64,000 bases of DNA from an uncultured Candidatus Rokubacteria bacterium (lineage in GTDB: Bacteria; Methylomirabilota; Methylomirabilia; Rokubacteriales; CSP1-6): assembly GCA_963747235.1 (NCBI GenBank), contig CAVVEU010000008.1:256001-320000 (forward strand), given 5' to 3'. The notes beneath the pieces are model-generated. The model saw only the letters and a program-made list of their open reading frames with translations, was not told the DNA's origin and made no database searches. Position numbers and translations under genes: made by a program. Shown piece by piece: positions 1 to 10,181 of this stretch (its first letter is position 1; every line of letters starts with the position of its first letter).

Positions 1-1448
1 GGCACGCTGCGCGCGACCGCGAGCGTCGCCGCGAGCTGGGCCCCAAGCCAGAGGGCGAGCGCGGCCGAGCCGCGCGCCACTTCCTCCACGATCATGGCCG
101 CGGTGGCGAGCGGCAAACCGAGCCCGCCGTGCTCGACGTCGGCCAGGGCGCCGAAGATGCCGAGCTCGGCGAGCTGCGCCACCAGGGGCTCGGGATCGCG
201 CCGGCCCTGGTCCTGCTCGGCCGCCACCGGGACGACGTCCTTCTCGACGGCCTGCCGCACCGCCAGGACGAGCTGCTTCTGCTCCTCGGGGAGCTCGTCG
301 CGCGAGGTCAGCGCGCCCGGCCGCTCGCCGTAGCGCTCGAGCAGGTTCCGGCAGATGATGAGCCGCTGGATCTCGTTGGTGCCCTCGCCGATGATCATGA
401 GCGGCGCGTCGCGGTAGAGCCGCTCCACGAGGCCGGAGGCGAGCTGGGCGCGCACGCCCTCGATCTTCATGGCCTCCACCGCGACCGCCTGGGCCGCCTC
501 CGAGGCGTGGAGCTTGGCCATGCCCGCTTCCAGATCGCACCGGTCGCCGCGGTCCTTCATGGCCGCGGCCCAGTAGGTGACGAGCCGGGCCGACTCCACC
601 CGCGTGGCGATGTCCGCGAGCGCGGCGGGCGGCTCCGGCAGCGCGCGCGCGGCGCGCACCGCCTCGTCGAGGCCCGCCTGGGCGACGCCCACCGCGCGCG
701 CCGCGATGTTGATCCGCCCGGCCTCGAGCCCGGACATCACGTGCTTGAAGCCACGGCCCTCCACGCCACCCACCAGGTTCGCGGCCGGGCAGGGGAAGCC
801 GTCGAACACCAGCTCCGCGGTGTCCACGCCCTTGTAGCCGAGCTTGGCGATGGACTTGACCACCTCGAGGCCGGGGGCGCCCTTCTCCACGATGAAGCAG
901 GACATGCCCCGGTGACGAGGGGACTCGGCGGGATCGGTCAGCGCGAGCAGCGCGAAGGTGTTGCCCTCGCGGCCGTTGGTCACGAACATCTTGGAGCCGG
1001 AGAGCAGGTAGCGGTCGCCCTCGCGCCGGGCCACCGTGCGGATGGCCTGCACGTCCGAGCCGGCGTGGGGCTCGGTGAGGCAGAGGCCGCCGCGGGCCTG
1101 TCCGCTCGCGAAGCGGGGCAGCAGGCGGAGCCGCTGCTCGTCGGTGCCGTGCTCGAGCACGATGAGGGCGGCCATGGTGTGACTGTTGATGACGCCGGCC
1201 AGGGACATGAAGCCCCGGCAGAGCTCCTCGATGATCTGCGCGTAGGTGGTGACGTCGAGGCCGAGGCCGCCATAGTCGGTGGGCACGAGGGCGCCGAAGA
1301 GGCCGAGGCGCTTCATGCGGTCCACCAGCTCGTGCGGGTACCGGTCGGCGTGCTCGAGGGCGGGGGCCGCCGCCATCACGTCCCGCTCCACGAACTCGCG
1401 GACGGAGGCCACGATGGCGGGGGCGCGGCTGGCGGTGCGTGGACTCAA
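1..1448 (-). CDS. Acyl-CoA dehydrogenase family protein with a second ACAD N-terminal domain appended; runs off the window edge
   Basis: Antisense frame of track ORF 129..1571. Reads LCLTEPHAGSDV, GSKMFVTNG, KLGYKGVDT, LEAGRINIAARAVG, RLYRDAPLMIIGEGTNEIQR, then continues into EEQKQLVLAVRQAVEKDV..ELGIFG..EHGGLG..EEVAR. Probable TTG start at 1448. Confidence 0.85.
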   Translation of the reverse strand, partial: MSPRTASRAPAIVASVREFVERDVMAAAPALEHADRYPHELVDRMKRLGLFGALVPTDYGGLGLDVTTYAQIIEELCRGFMSLAGVINSHTMAALIVLEHGTDEQRLRLLPRFASGQARGGLCLTEPHAGSDVQAIRTVARREGDRYLLSGSKMFVTNGREGNTFALLALTDPAESPRHRGMSCFIVEKGAPGLEVVKSIAKLGYKGVDTAELVFDGFPCPAANLVGGVEGRGFKHVMSGLEAGRINIAARAVGVAQAGLDEAVRAARALPEPPAALADIATRVESARLVTYWAAAMKDRGDRCDLEAGMAKLHASEAAQAVAVEAMKIEGVRAQLASGLVERLYRDAPLMIIGEGTNEIQRLIICRNLLERYGERPGALTSRDELPEEQKQLVLAVRQAVEKDVVPVAAEQDQGRRDPEPLVAQLAELGIFGALADVEHGGLGLPLATAAMIVEEVARGSAALALWLGAQLAATLAVARSV

Positions 1449-1532
1449 GGAAACCTCGCGTCGAGACTAGCAAAGCCCGCGCATTCATTGCAAGGCGTGC
1501 CCCTCCCGCGGGGCCCGGCCCGCGGCTTCTTC

Positions 1533-1561
1533 TTGGTCGCGGTTGCCTGGCCCGGTATGCT
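1533..1561 (+). promoter_or_regulatory. Sigma70-like promoter, probably leaderless transcript
   Basis: TTGGTC-17 nt-TATGCT, with the ATG 6 nt downstream. Confidence 0.5.
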
Positions 1562-1567
1562 GGAGGC

Positions 1568-2269
1568 ATGACCCTTACCGTCGCCAGCTACAACATCCAC
1601 AAGTGCGCGGGACTCGACCGCCGCGTGGACCTCGACCGGATCGCCCAGGTGCTGGAGGAGATCGACGCCGACCTGGTGGGCGTCCAGGAGGTGTTCCAGC
1701 CCCAGGCCCTGAGCCTGGCCGAGCGCCTCGGCATGCAGGTCGCGATGAGCCCCACCCGGGAGCGGGACGGCCTGCCCTACGGCAACGCGGTCCTCACCCG
1801 CCTGGCCATCCGCGGCACCCGCACGTTCGACCTCTCCAGACCCGACCGCGAGCCGCGCGGCGGCATCCGCCTGGATCTCGAGATGCCCGGCGACGAGATG
1901 GGCGAGGGGCTGCTCCACGTCTTCAACGTGCACTTCGGGCTCAAGATCCGCGAGCGGGCGGCGCAGGTCCGCATGCTCGTGCGCGAGCACATCCTGCACG
2001 ACGAGCTGACGGGCCCGCGCATCGTGGTGGGCGATCTCAACGAGTGGTTTCCGGGCGCGGTCGGGCGCACGTTGCGCCGCGAGCTGAGCGGGCCCCGCAT
2101 CCGTCGCACGCATCCCGCGCCGCTGCCGATCTTCCCGCTCGACCGCATCTACTGGGACCGCGGCCTGGGCGCCGACGGCTTCCACGTGCACAGGAGCCGC
2201 CTGGCCCGCGTCGCCTCCGATCACCTGCCGGTGGTGGCACGCCTGCGCCTGGGCTCCGCGCCCGCCTGA
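1568..2269 (+). CDS. Endonuclease/exonuclease/phosphatase (EEP) family protein
   Basis: Motifs SYNIH, LVGVQE, GDLNE, LDRI, SDHLP. Confidence 0.9.
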   Translation: MTLTVASYNIHKCAGLDRRVDLDRIAQVLEEIDADLVGVQEVFQPQALSLAERLGMQVAMSPTRERDGLPYGNAVLTRLAIRGTRTFDLSRPDREPRGGIRLDLEMPGDEMGEGLLHVFNVHFGLKIRERAAQVRMLVREHILHDELTGPRIVVGDLNEWFPGAVGRTLRRELSGPRIRRTHPAPLPIFPLDRIYWDRGLGADGFHVHRSRLARVASDHLPVVARLRLGSAPA

Positions 2270-2421
2270 CCGGCATAACGACGGTTTGTTGCCGGCAGGT
2301 GCCGCGCTTTGTATGCGAACGGATCAGTGCAACCTTGCGCGGTCGAAGAATAGGACAAAGAGATCAATGACTTATCGAGTACTGGTCACTGGCAAGCGCC
2401 TTGCTCTCCTACACGCCTGTC

Positions 2422-2883
2422 ATGGAAGAGCACGGAACGAAGGGGGACCACGTCGCGCTGATCGGGGCGTCTCCGGCCACCTGGCAATCGCAGGGGACGG
2501 AGCCAGGGCCCACGCACCTGCCCTCGCGGGCCCTGGTGGTGGACGACTCGCTGGTGGTCGCCGAGGTGGTGACCACGCTGCTACGGCGCACCGGCTGGAC
2601 GGTGGACGTGGCGACCAGCGTGGACGCGGCGCTCGAGCACGTGCGCCGCGTGCCCTACGACCTGGTGGTCTGCGACGTCTGCATGCCGGATGGCGGTGGG
2701 CCGGCCGTCTACTACGCGGCGACCACGCGGCGGCCGGACCTGACCAACCGCTTCCTCTTCATCACCGGGAACGTGGACGACGCGGAGCCCTGGCGCTTCC
2801 TGGCCAAGATCCGCGCCCACGTGCTGGAGAAGCCGTTCACGGGCCGGGCACTCCGGCACGCCCTGATCAAAGTCATCGCCTGA
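2422..2883 (+). CDS. Single-domain response regulator (receiver)
   Basis: LVVDD, CDVCMPDGGG, FITG, LEKPF. Confidence 0.85.
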   Translation: MEEHGTKGDHVALIGASPATWQSQGTEPGPTHLPSRALVVDDSLVVAEVVTTLLRRTGWTVDVATSVDAALEHVRRVPYDLVVCDVCMPDGGGPAVYYAATTRRPDLTNRFLFITGNVDDAEPWRFLAKIRAHVLEKPFTGRALRHALIKVIA

Positions 2884-3455
2884 CCCGGCCGCTCGTCGCG
2901 GCCCTGCTCGTGCTCTCCGCCCTCGCCGGCCCCGTCTGGGCGGGCCCTCCCACCGAGCAGCTCCGCGCCTACACCGACAAGGTCGTCCGCATCCTGGAAG
3001 ACCCCGCGCTCAACCAGGCGCAGCGCCGGACCGAGATCCACGCGGTCGCGCTGGAGGCCTTCGACGTCGCCGAGGCGGCGCGCCGCGCCCTCGGCCCCCA
3101 CTGGCCCAAGCGCTCCGCCGCGGAGCGGGAGGAGTTCACCGGGCTCTTCCAGGGGCTGCTCGAGCGCGGCTACCTCTCCCGCATCGGCGAGTACGGCGGC
3201 GAGCGGGTGCAGTACGTGGCCGAGCGGGTCGACGGCGAGTTCGCCACCGTGCGGGCCCAGATCGTCACCGCCAAGGGCACCCAGATCCCGATCGAGGCCC
3301 GCGTGGTGCGCAAGGGCGAGCGCTGGCTCATGTACGACGTGCTGATCGAGAACGTGAGCCTGGTGGCGAGCTACCGCTCCCAGTTCGACCGCGTGATCCG
3401 CACCTCCTCCTACGAGGAGCTGGTGCGCCGCCTCAAGGACCGCGGCCAGCCCTAG
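2880..3455 (+). CDS. MlaC/Ttg2D-type phospholipid-binding periplasmic protein (start uncertain)
   Basis: Signal-peptide-like N-terminus; ARRALGPHW; WLMYDVLIENVSLVASYRSQF. Confidence 0.85.
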   Translation: MTRPLVAALLVLSALAGPVWAGPPTEQLRAYTDKVVRILEDPALNQAQRRTEIHAVALEAFDVAEAARRALGPHWPKRSAAEREEFTGLFQGLLERGYLSRIGEYGGERVQYVAERVDGEFATVRAQIVTAKGTQIPIEARVVRKGERWLMYDVLIENVSLVASYRSQFDRVIRTSSYEELVRRLKDRGQP

Positions 3456-3462
3456 CGGGCGC

Positions 3463-4209
3463 TCAGAGCGCGACGTCGCCGAGGAAGATGCGCTTGACCT
3501 CGGCCGACTGGAGCAGCTCCGCCGACGATCCGGTCAGGATCGTCCGGCCCGATTCGAGGATGTAGCCACGATCCGCGAGCCGGAGCGCGAGCTCCACGTT
3601 CTGCTCGATGAACAGGATGCTGATGCCCTGCTCGTCCCGGATCCGCCGCATCAGGCCGCCGAGCTGCTGCACGATCAGAGGGGACAGGCCGAGGAAGGGC
3701 TCGTCGATCATCAGCAGGCGCGGGCGCGCCATGAGCCCGCGCGCGATCGCCACCATCTGCTGCTCGCCGCCCGACAGGGTGTGCGCGAGCTGCGTCCGGC
3801 GGGCCGCGATGACCGGGAACAGGCGCTCGACCTGGGCCAGGGACTCCGCGCGGTGCGGGCGCGCGGTGGGGTTGTGCGCGCCCAGCAGCACGTTGTCGAG
3901 CACGGTGAGGAAGGGGAACAGGCGCCGGCGCTCCAGCACGTGCGCGAGGCCTTCGCCCGCGGTGCGGTTGGCGGGCAGGCCGTCGATGCGCTTGCCGAGG
4001 AGGGTGATGCGGCCCGCGCGCGGCGCGATCAGCCCGGAGATCGAGTTCATCAGGGTCGACTTGCCCGCCCCGTTCGGCCCCAGGACCGCGACGATCTCGC
4101 CCTCGCTCACGTGCATCGCGGCCTGCCACAGCACCTGGAAGTCGCCGTAGGCGACGTCGAGGCCGTCCACATCGAGCATCGGCGCGGGCCGCCCGGGGTG
4201 GTCGGTCAC
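3463..4209 (-). CDS. livF: Branched-chain amino acid ABC transporter ATPase (LivF-like)
   Basis: GPNGAGKST, LSGGEQQMVAIARGLM, IDEP, EQN. Confidence 0.9.
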   Translation of the reverse strand: MTDHPGRPAPMLDVDGLDVAYGDFQVLWQAAMHVSEGEIVAVLGPNGAGKSTLMNSISGLIAPRAGRITLLGKRIDGLPANRTAGEGLAHVLERRRLFPFLTVLDNVLLGAHNPTARPHRAESLAQVERLFPVIAARRTQLAHTLSGGEQQMVAIARGLMARPRLLMIDEPFLGLSPLIVQQLGGLMRRIRDEQGISILFIEQNVELALRLADRGYILESGRTILTGSSAELLQSAEVKRIFLGDVAL

Positions 4210-4929
4210 TGCGTGTACGCCTGGCCGAGGTAGGCGTCGACGACCCGGCGGTCGCGCGTCACCACGTCGGGCGTGCCGTCGGCGATCTTCTCGCCGAGGT
4301 AGAGGGCGACGATGCGCTGGGCCACCGCGGTGATGACCCGCATGTTGTGCTCGATGACCAGGAGGGTGAGGCCGCCCGCGATGCAGGTCGCGGACGAGCT
4401 GCACCAGCCCGGGGATGCTGCGCTGGTCCACGCCGCCGGTCACCTCGTCGAGCAGGAGGACCCGCGGCTCGGTGGCCAGCGCGCGGGCCAGCTCGAGGCG
4501 CTTGCGCTGGCCGGTGGAGAGCGTGCGCGCGTACGCGTCCGCCTTCTCGGCGAGCCCCACGCGGTCGAGCAGCTCGCGGGCGCGCGCGCGCGCGTGGCGC
4601 ACGTCGTGGGTGCGGGTGAGCGCGCCGACCATCACGTTGTCGACCACGGTGAGCCCGGCGAACGGGCGCAGCTTCTGGAACGTGCGCGCGACGCCCAGGC
4701 GGCACACCCGGTCCGGGGAGAGGCCGGTGAGCGGGCCGCCGTCCAGCCGCACCAGGCCCGCGTCGGGGCGATAGAAGCCGCTGATGATCTCGAACAGGGT
4801 GGACTTGCCGGACCCGTTCGGCCCGATGATGCCGACCAGCTCGCCGGGCGCCACGTCGAAGGAGATGTCGCGATTCGCGGTGACGCCGCCGAAGCGCTTG
4901 GTGATCCCCGCGACGGAGAGCAGGCTCAC
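4206..4929 (-). CDS. livG: Branched-chain amino acid ABC transporter ATPase (LivG-like), frameshift near 4375
   Basis: KRFGG, GPNGSGKST, ARTFQ, LLLDE; IEHNM appears in the shifted frame. Confidence 0.85.
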
Positions 4930-5905
4930 GCCGTCGGCCCCAGGCGCGGGCGCCGGCGCAGCCGCGTCGCCGATCCAGGGGACGCAGGCCTTGCGGCGCG
5001 AACGCGCATCATCACGATGAGCGCGACGCCGTAGATGATCAGGTAGATCCCGACGAGCCCGGCGCCGATGCCGCCGAAGCGGGCGCGCAGCGACGTCTCC
5101 AGCATCGTGATGAGGGCGGCGCCGAGGAACGGCCCGAGCGGCGTCCCGATGCCGCCGAGGATCGCGACCAGGCAGAAGCGGACCGACAGGTCCACCGAGA
5201 AGACGTAGAACGGGTCCACGAAGCCGACGTACTGCGCCCAGAGCGTGCCGCACACGGCGGTGAGCGCGGCGCTGACCGCGATGGCCGCGACCTTGAGGCG
5301 GCGGGCCGGCACGCCGAGCGAGAGCGCGGCGTCCTCGTCCTCGCGCACCGCGGCGAGCTGGTAGCCGCGGCGCGAGCGCTCGAGGTAGAGCTGGACCAGG
5401 TAGAGCAGCGACGGCGAGCGACGAGGACGAGGTAGACCCAGACCCGCTTGTCCGCGATGCCGAGCGTCCAGAAGCCGGGGCGGAAGGGGACCGGGATGCC
5501 CTCCGATCCCGACGTGAAGGCGCGCCAGCGGCTCGCCACGATGAGCAGCACCTGGGAGAAGGCGATCGTCGCGAGCACGAAGTACGGGCCGCGGAGCCGG
5601 TTGCTGAGGAAGCCGAGGATGAAGCCGAACGCGGTGGCGAGCGCGGCGCCGACCAGCAGCCCGATCCAGGGCGAGATCCCCCAGCGGGTGCCGAGGAGCG
5701 CCGCCGCGTAGGCGCCGAGCCCGAAGAAGGCGGCGTGGCCGAGCGAGACCTGGCCGGCGTAGCCGCCGGCCACGTTCCAGGCCGCCGCGGTCGCGCCCCA
5801 CAGCAGGATCAGGATCAGGCCGTCGAGGAGGAAGGCGTCGCGGACCACGAGCGGCCCGAGGGCGGCCGCGGCGAAGAAGGCGACCGCCGGCCACGTGCCT
5901 CTCAC
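4926..5905 (-). CDS. livM: Branched-chain amino acid ABC permease (LivM-like), frameshifted
   Basis: WNVAGGYAGQVSLGHAAFFGLGAY, RLRGPYF, AVREDEDAA, ILGGIGT. Confidence 0.85.
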
Positions 5906-6783
5906 GTGCCGATCACCTCGGCCCCGCGCTGGCCGAACAGGCCGGCGGGACGGACCACGAGGATCGCGATGAACAGGAGCAGGTAGAGCACTTCCTTCCA
6001 CGCGGTCCCGATCACGTAGGACCCCACGACCTCGACGAAGGCGACGACGAGGCTGGCGATCAGCGCGCCGACCATGTCCCCGAGCCCGCCCAGCACGACC
6101 GCCACGTAGGCGATCAGCACGAACTGGAGCCCGATCGACGGGTACACGGGGTAGATCGGGGCGAGCACCACGCCGGCCACCCCGACGCAGGTGATGCCGA
6201 CCGCCCACGTCAGGGCGAAGACGCGGCCGGTGTCGATCCCCATGAGCGAGGCGGCGTGCCGGTCCTGCGCGGTGGCCCGCATGACCTTGCCGGTGTAGGA
6301 CCAGCGCATGAAGGCGAAGAGCCCGGCGGTGAAGAGGACCGCGACCGCGAACGCGGCGATCTGCGCGAGGTTGAGCGCCACGCCACCGAAGCGCACGACG
6401 ACCGCGTAGTAGCTGGTGCGCACGAACTGGGAGTCGGCGCTCCAGAGCACGAGGGCCAGGTCCTGGAGCGCGATCGACAGCCCGACCGTGGTGAAGACCT
6501 GCACGTTGTGGGAGGCGTGGATCACCGGCCGCATGACGAGGCGGTAGCTCAGCCACCCGCCCCCGAAGATGATGGGCAGGCCCAGCACGAGGGTGACGTA
6601 GGGATCGAGGCCCAGGAGGGTGAACGCCCAGAAGGCGAGGTACATGCCCAGCATGAGGAACTCGCCGTGCGCGAAGTTGACCACGCGCATCACCCCGAAG
6701 ATGAGCGTGAGGCCCACCGCGATGAGCGCGTAGATGCCGCCCAGCAGGATGGTGGAGGCGAGGAGCTGGGGAATCGCGTGCAT
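5902..6783 (-). CDS. livH: Branched-chain amino acid ABC permease (LivH-like)
   Basis: YALIAVGLTLIFGVMRVVNFAHGE, VVLGGLG, RPAGLFG. Confidence 0.92.
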   Translation of the reverse strand: MHAIPQLLASTILLGGIYALIAVGLTLIFGVMRVVNFAHGEFLMLGMYLAFWAFTLLGLDPYVTLVLGLPIIFGGGWLSYRLVMRPVIHASHNVQVFTTVGLSIALQDLALVLWSADSQFVRTSYYAVVVRFGGVALNLAQIAAFAVAVLFTAGLFAFMRWSYTGKVMRATAQDRHAASLMGIDTGRVFALTWAVGITCVGVAGVVLAPIYPVYPSIGLQFVLIAYVAVVLGGLGDMVGALIASLVVAFVEVVGSYVIGTAWKEVLYLLLFIAILVVRPAGLFGQRGAEVIGT

Positions 6784-6867
6784 GATCGGCGGATCAGCCG
6801 ACAGCGCGACGCCCCGGGGTGGCCCCCCGGGGCGTGCGAGCGGAAATCGGCGGACCGGCGGGGCGCG

Positions 6868-8143
6868 CTACTTGCGCTGGTCCCACGCGCCGAGCGGAAT
6901 CCACTTGGCGCGGTTGGTGGTGAACTCCTCCGGCCACACCGTGACGAGCTGCCCGCCCTGCCACTGGAGCATGTAGTGCTGCACGCGCGCGTTGGCGTTC
7001 TGGCCGTTCTCGTCGAACTTCACGCCCCAGCCGTTGATCGCGGAGCCGACCGGCAGGTCCATCGCCATGACCGCGGCGCGGAACTTGTCGAGGTCGTCGC
7101 TCTTGGCCGCGTCGAGCACGAGCTTGAGCAGCCACAGGCCGCCGCCCGCGAGCTGGTGCCCGCCGGCGGGGACGTCCGAGCCGGTCTTGGCCTTCACCGC
7201 CTCGCGGAACGCGCGCTCGATCTGCTGGCCCTCGGGCCGCAACTTCTCGATGATCAGGCCCGGGCCGGGCTCGAGCAGCGCGAAGGGGCCGTTGCCGTCG
7301 TTGCCGAACGCCTTGCCGAAGTCGGGCGAGCCGTAGCCGGTGGCCCCCGCGTGCACGACCGCCTTGACCTGGAAGTTCTGCTCGCGCGCCTGCCGCCAGA
7401 AGAGGATGGCGTCCTGGTTGCGCGCGATGTGGTGCAGGATGTCGGGGTTCGCGTTCTTGAGCTTGAGGATGACCGGGGTGAGGTCGTTGGTGGTGAAGGT
7501 GTAGTACTCGAGCCGCCACCTCCTGCATCCCGAACTCCTGCTTGGCCCGCTGGCGCGCGGACTCGGTCACGCTCTGGCCGTACGAGGAGTCCTCCGAGAG
7601 GTACGCGATGCGCAGCTCGCTCGTCTTCTTGCCGAGGCGGTGGGCGAGGTGCTTGGCGATGAACTCGATGTTGTACCAGCCGAACCCGGTGCCGTCGATC
7701 TCGGTCCGGAACACGTTCTTCAGCCCGCGCTTGGTGAACCGCGGATCGACGCAGGACGTCTCCCAGTAGATGACGTTCTGCCGCGACGCCGCCTCGCTGG
7801 CCGCGCCGCACAGGGTGGAGGAGAAGGTGCCGGTGATGATCTTGACCCCTTCCCGGGTGGCCAGCCGCGTGGCCTCGGAGGCGGCGACGGTCGGATCGAC
7901 CGCGTCCCCGACCACGAACACCAGCTTCTTGCCCATCACGCCGCCGCGCTCGTTGATGAGGTCGCGGACGATCTCGTAGCCCTCGAGGTGCCGCTTGCCC
8001 TCGGCCGCGAGGTTGCCGGTCAGCGGCTCCAGCACCCCGATCTTGTACTCGCCACTGAGCTGCTGCTGCGCCTGGAGGGCGCCGACGGCGCCGACCGCCA
8101 GCGCGACGAGACCCACCACCACCGCCCACTTCACTTGCCTCAT
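6868..8143 (-). CDS. ABC transporter substrate-binding protein (LivJ/K family), frameshift near 7515
   Basis: Signal peptide, KIGVLEPLTG, INERGGVMGKK, EDSSYG; C-terminal half in ORF 6868..7356. Confidence 0.85.
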
Positions 8144-8241
8144 GCCTGCTCTCCTCTCGTTGGTCCGGGGTACTGCGATTGGGACGGGCGCTGCGCGGCA
8201 ACCCGCTGCACCGGGCGGCCAGTGTACCGCAGGTGGCGGCC

Positions 8242-9211
8242 CTACTGCTCCTGCTGCTGCTGGGCCGCGATCTCCTCGGCGGCCAGCTTGAGCCGGTCCC
8301 GCCGGCGCTCCGGGATCTCCTGGTAGACCGGCACGTCGATCTGCTCCATCTCCTCGTGCAGCGCCGAGATGTCCTTGGGGGTGGACTCCTGGGTGCGCAC
8401 CTCGGTGCGCAGCGTCTCGTCCGCGTTGCCGCGGAAGATGCCCTTGTTGGGCGGCACGTCGTCGTAGTGGCGGCCGTGGCCCACCACCACGTAGTGGCCG
8501 TCGATCTCCCGGTTGTGGGTCGGATCGAACGGCACCCAGCCCGCGGACGGCGAGTAGAACTCCACCCACGCGTGGCTCTGGGCGGTCTCGGCCCTCGCGC
8601 GGCGGCATGTGCAGGTAGCCGCTCACGTAGCGGCAGGGGATCTGGCGCAGCCGCAGCAGGCCGAGCATGAGGTGGGTGAAGTCCTGGCAGACGCCCGCCC
8701 CCGCGGCGAGGAAGTCGTCGCTGGTGGAGTCGTAGCTGGTCACGTTCTTCTGGTAGGTGAAGTGCTCGTGGATGTGCCGCCCGCAGGCGCGCACCTGCTC
8801 GCCGAGCGGCGCGTTGGCGGGGGCGACCACGCCCTGCGCGAACTTGCGCAGCCCCGCGCTCGCCCGCACCGGCCCGTCGAAGGCGAGGAAGTCGAGCAGC
8901 GGGTAGGGCGGCTCCGGGTAGGGGCGCGCGTCGGTGACGGCGGCCAGCGCGGGCGCGGCGGGATGGGTGCTCACCGCGGAGCGCGCCACCACCTCGATCC
9001 GGTCGTGGAAGTGGACGATCGTGAAGTGGTGCACCACGTTGTGGTTCCAGTCCCGGTAGCGCGAGGTCTTGGTCGGCGGGCCCACCGCGAGCACGAAGGA
9101 CTGGAGCGTCTGGTCCCCGGTGGTCTTGGGCTGCATGCGCAGCTCGAGGAACGACTCGCGGATGTAGGCGTCGTAGGCCAGCGACAGGGTGTGCTCGATC
9201 TCGACGAACAC
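8242..9211 (-). CDS. Transglutaminase-like protein with a Gln-rich C-terminal tail, frameshift near 8595
   Basis: GVCQDFTH, RYVSGY, SHAWVE, FDPT, GRHYDDVPP (Cys-His-Asp triad); ends AAQQQQEQ. Confidence 0.88.
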
Positions 9212-9221
9212 GGCGGCGTCC

Positions 9222-10181
9222 TCAGGTCCCGAAGTACACGGTGGAGACCGCGTCGTGGGCGCGGCCCAGCTCGACGAGGACGTGATCGAGGAAGGACAGG
9301 CTCTGCCCCTCGCGGATCAGGTCGTGCCCCTGGTAGGAGAGCTCGGCGGCCAGCTTGCCCACGATCCGCACCGACTGGCTCAGGTCGCTCGCGCTCGAGA
9401 TGCGGTCGAGGTACTCCTTGACCGCGGTGACGCCGTAGCGCACCGAGCGGGGCGTCTGCGCGTCGAAGAGCAGGAACTGCAGCACGTCGATCGGCTCGAG
9501 GCGGGCCCCGAAGACCTTCCGGTAGTTCTCGAGCGAGGAGAGCCCGCGCAGGAGGCTGCGCCACTGGCTGTAGAAGAGCGGCAGGTCGATCTTGGGCTCG
9601 GCGGCCACCAGCGCGGGCAGCTTGGTGCGAAGGATGACGGTGGTGCGGAACACCCGCTCGAACGACTCGCCGAGCTTGAGGAAGAGCCAGCCCGCGTCGC
9701 GGGTCAGGGTGTGCTCGATCGCGCCCACCGCGCTCAGGATGCCGCGATGGGTCGCCTGCATCGCGGTGCGAAACGTCGCGGGATCCGAGAGGCGGCGCCG
9801 GTTGAAGGCCTCGAGCTCCCGGTAGGTCTCGTTGAGGTTGATGAAGCACTCCAGCGTCAGGGCCTCGCGCACCGAGCGGGCGTTGTCGCGCGCCTTCTTG
9901 AGCGAGTGGAAGACCGAGTAGCGGTTCTCGGGATCGATGGAGAGCCCCAGCAGGGTGGTGGCGGCGAGCCCGGCCAGGTGCCGGGCCGGGGGCTCGTCCT
10001 CCGGGAACCCCGGGAAGATCGCGCGCACGTCCTCCCACTCGCAGCGGGCGAGCTGCTCGTCGAGCCCGAGCACCTCGGTGGAGAGCTCCTCGGTCACCAG
10101 GAGCAGGCGCGTGGTGTTCTCGGCGCGCTCCAGGTAGCGCCCCATCCAGTAGAGCCCGTCCGCGACGCGGGAGAGGATCAT
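9222..10181 (-). CDS. Alpha-E domain-containing protein (DUF403)
   Basis: MILSRVADGLYWMGRYLERAENTTR, ARDNARSVRE, FLLFD..PRSV. Confidence 0.92.
   Translation of the reverse strand: MILSRVADGLYWMGRYLERAENTTRLLLVTEELSTEVLGLDEQLARCEWEDVRAIFPGFPEDEPPARHLAGLAATTLLGLSIDPENRYSVFHSLKKARDNARSVREALTLECFINLNETYRELEAFNRRRLSDPATFRTAMQATHRGILSAVGAIEHTLTRDAGWLFLKLGESFERVFRTTVILRTKLPALVAAEPKIDLPLFYSQWRSLLRGLSSLENYRKVFGARLEPIDVLQFLLFDAQTPRSVRYGVTAVKEYLDRISSASDLSQSVRIVGKLAAELSYQGHDLIREGQSLSFLDHVLVELGRAHDAVSTVYFGT

Noticed and set aside
129-1571. Long antisense and alternate-frame ORFs (e.g. 129..1571 +, 12484..15468 +, 57637..59886 +)
   Set aside because: Shadow ORFs from high-GC codon bias; recognisable proteins lie in other frames.
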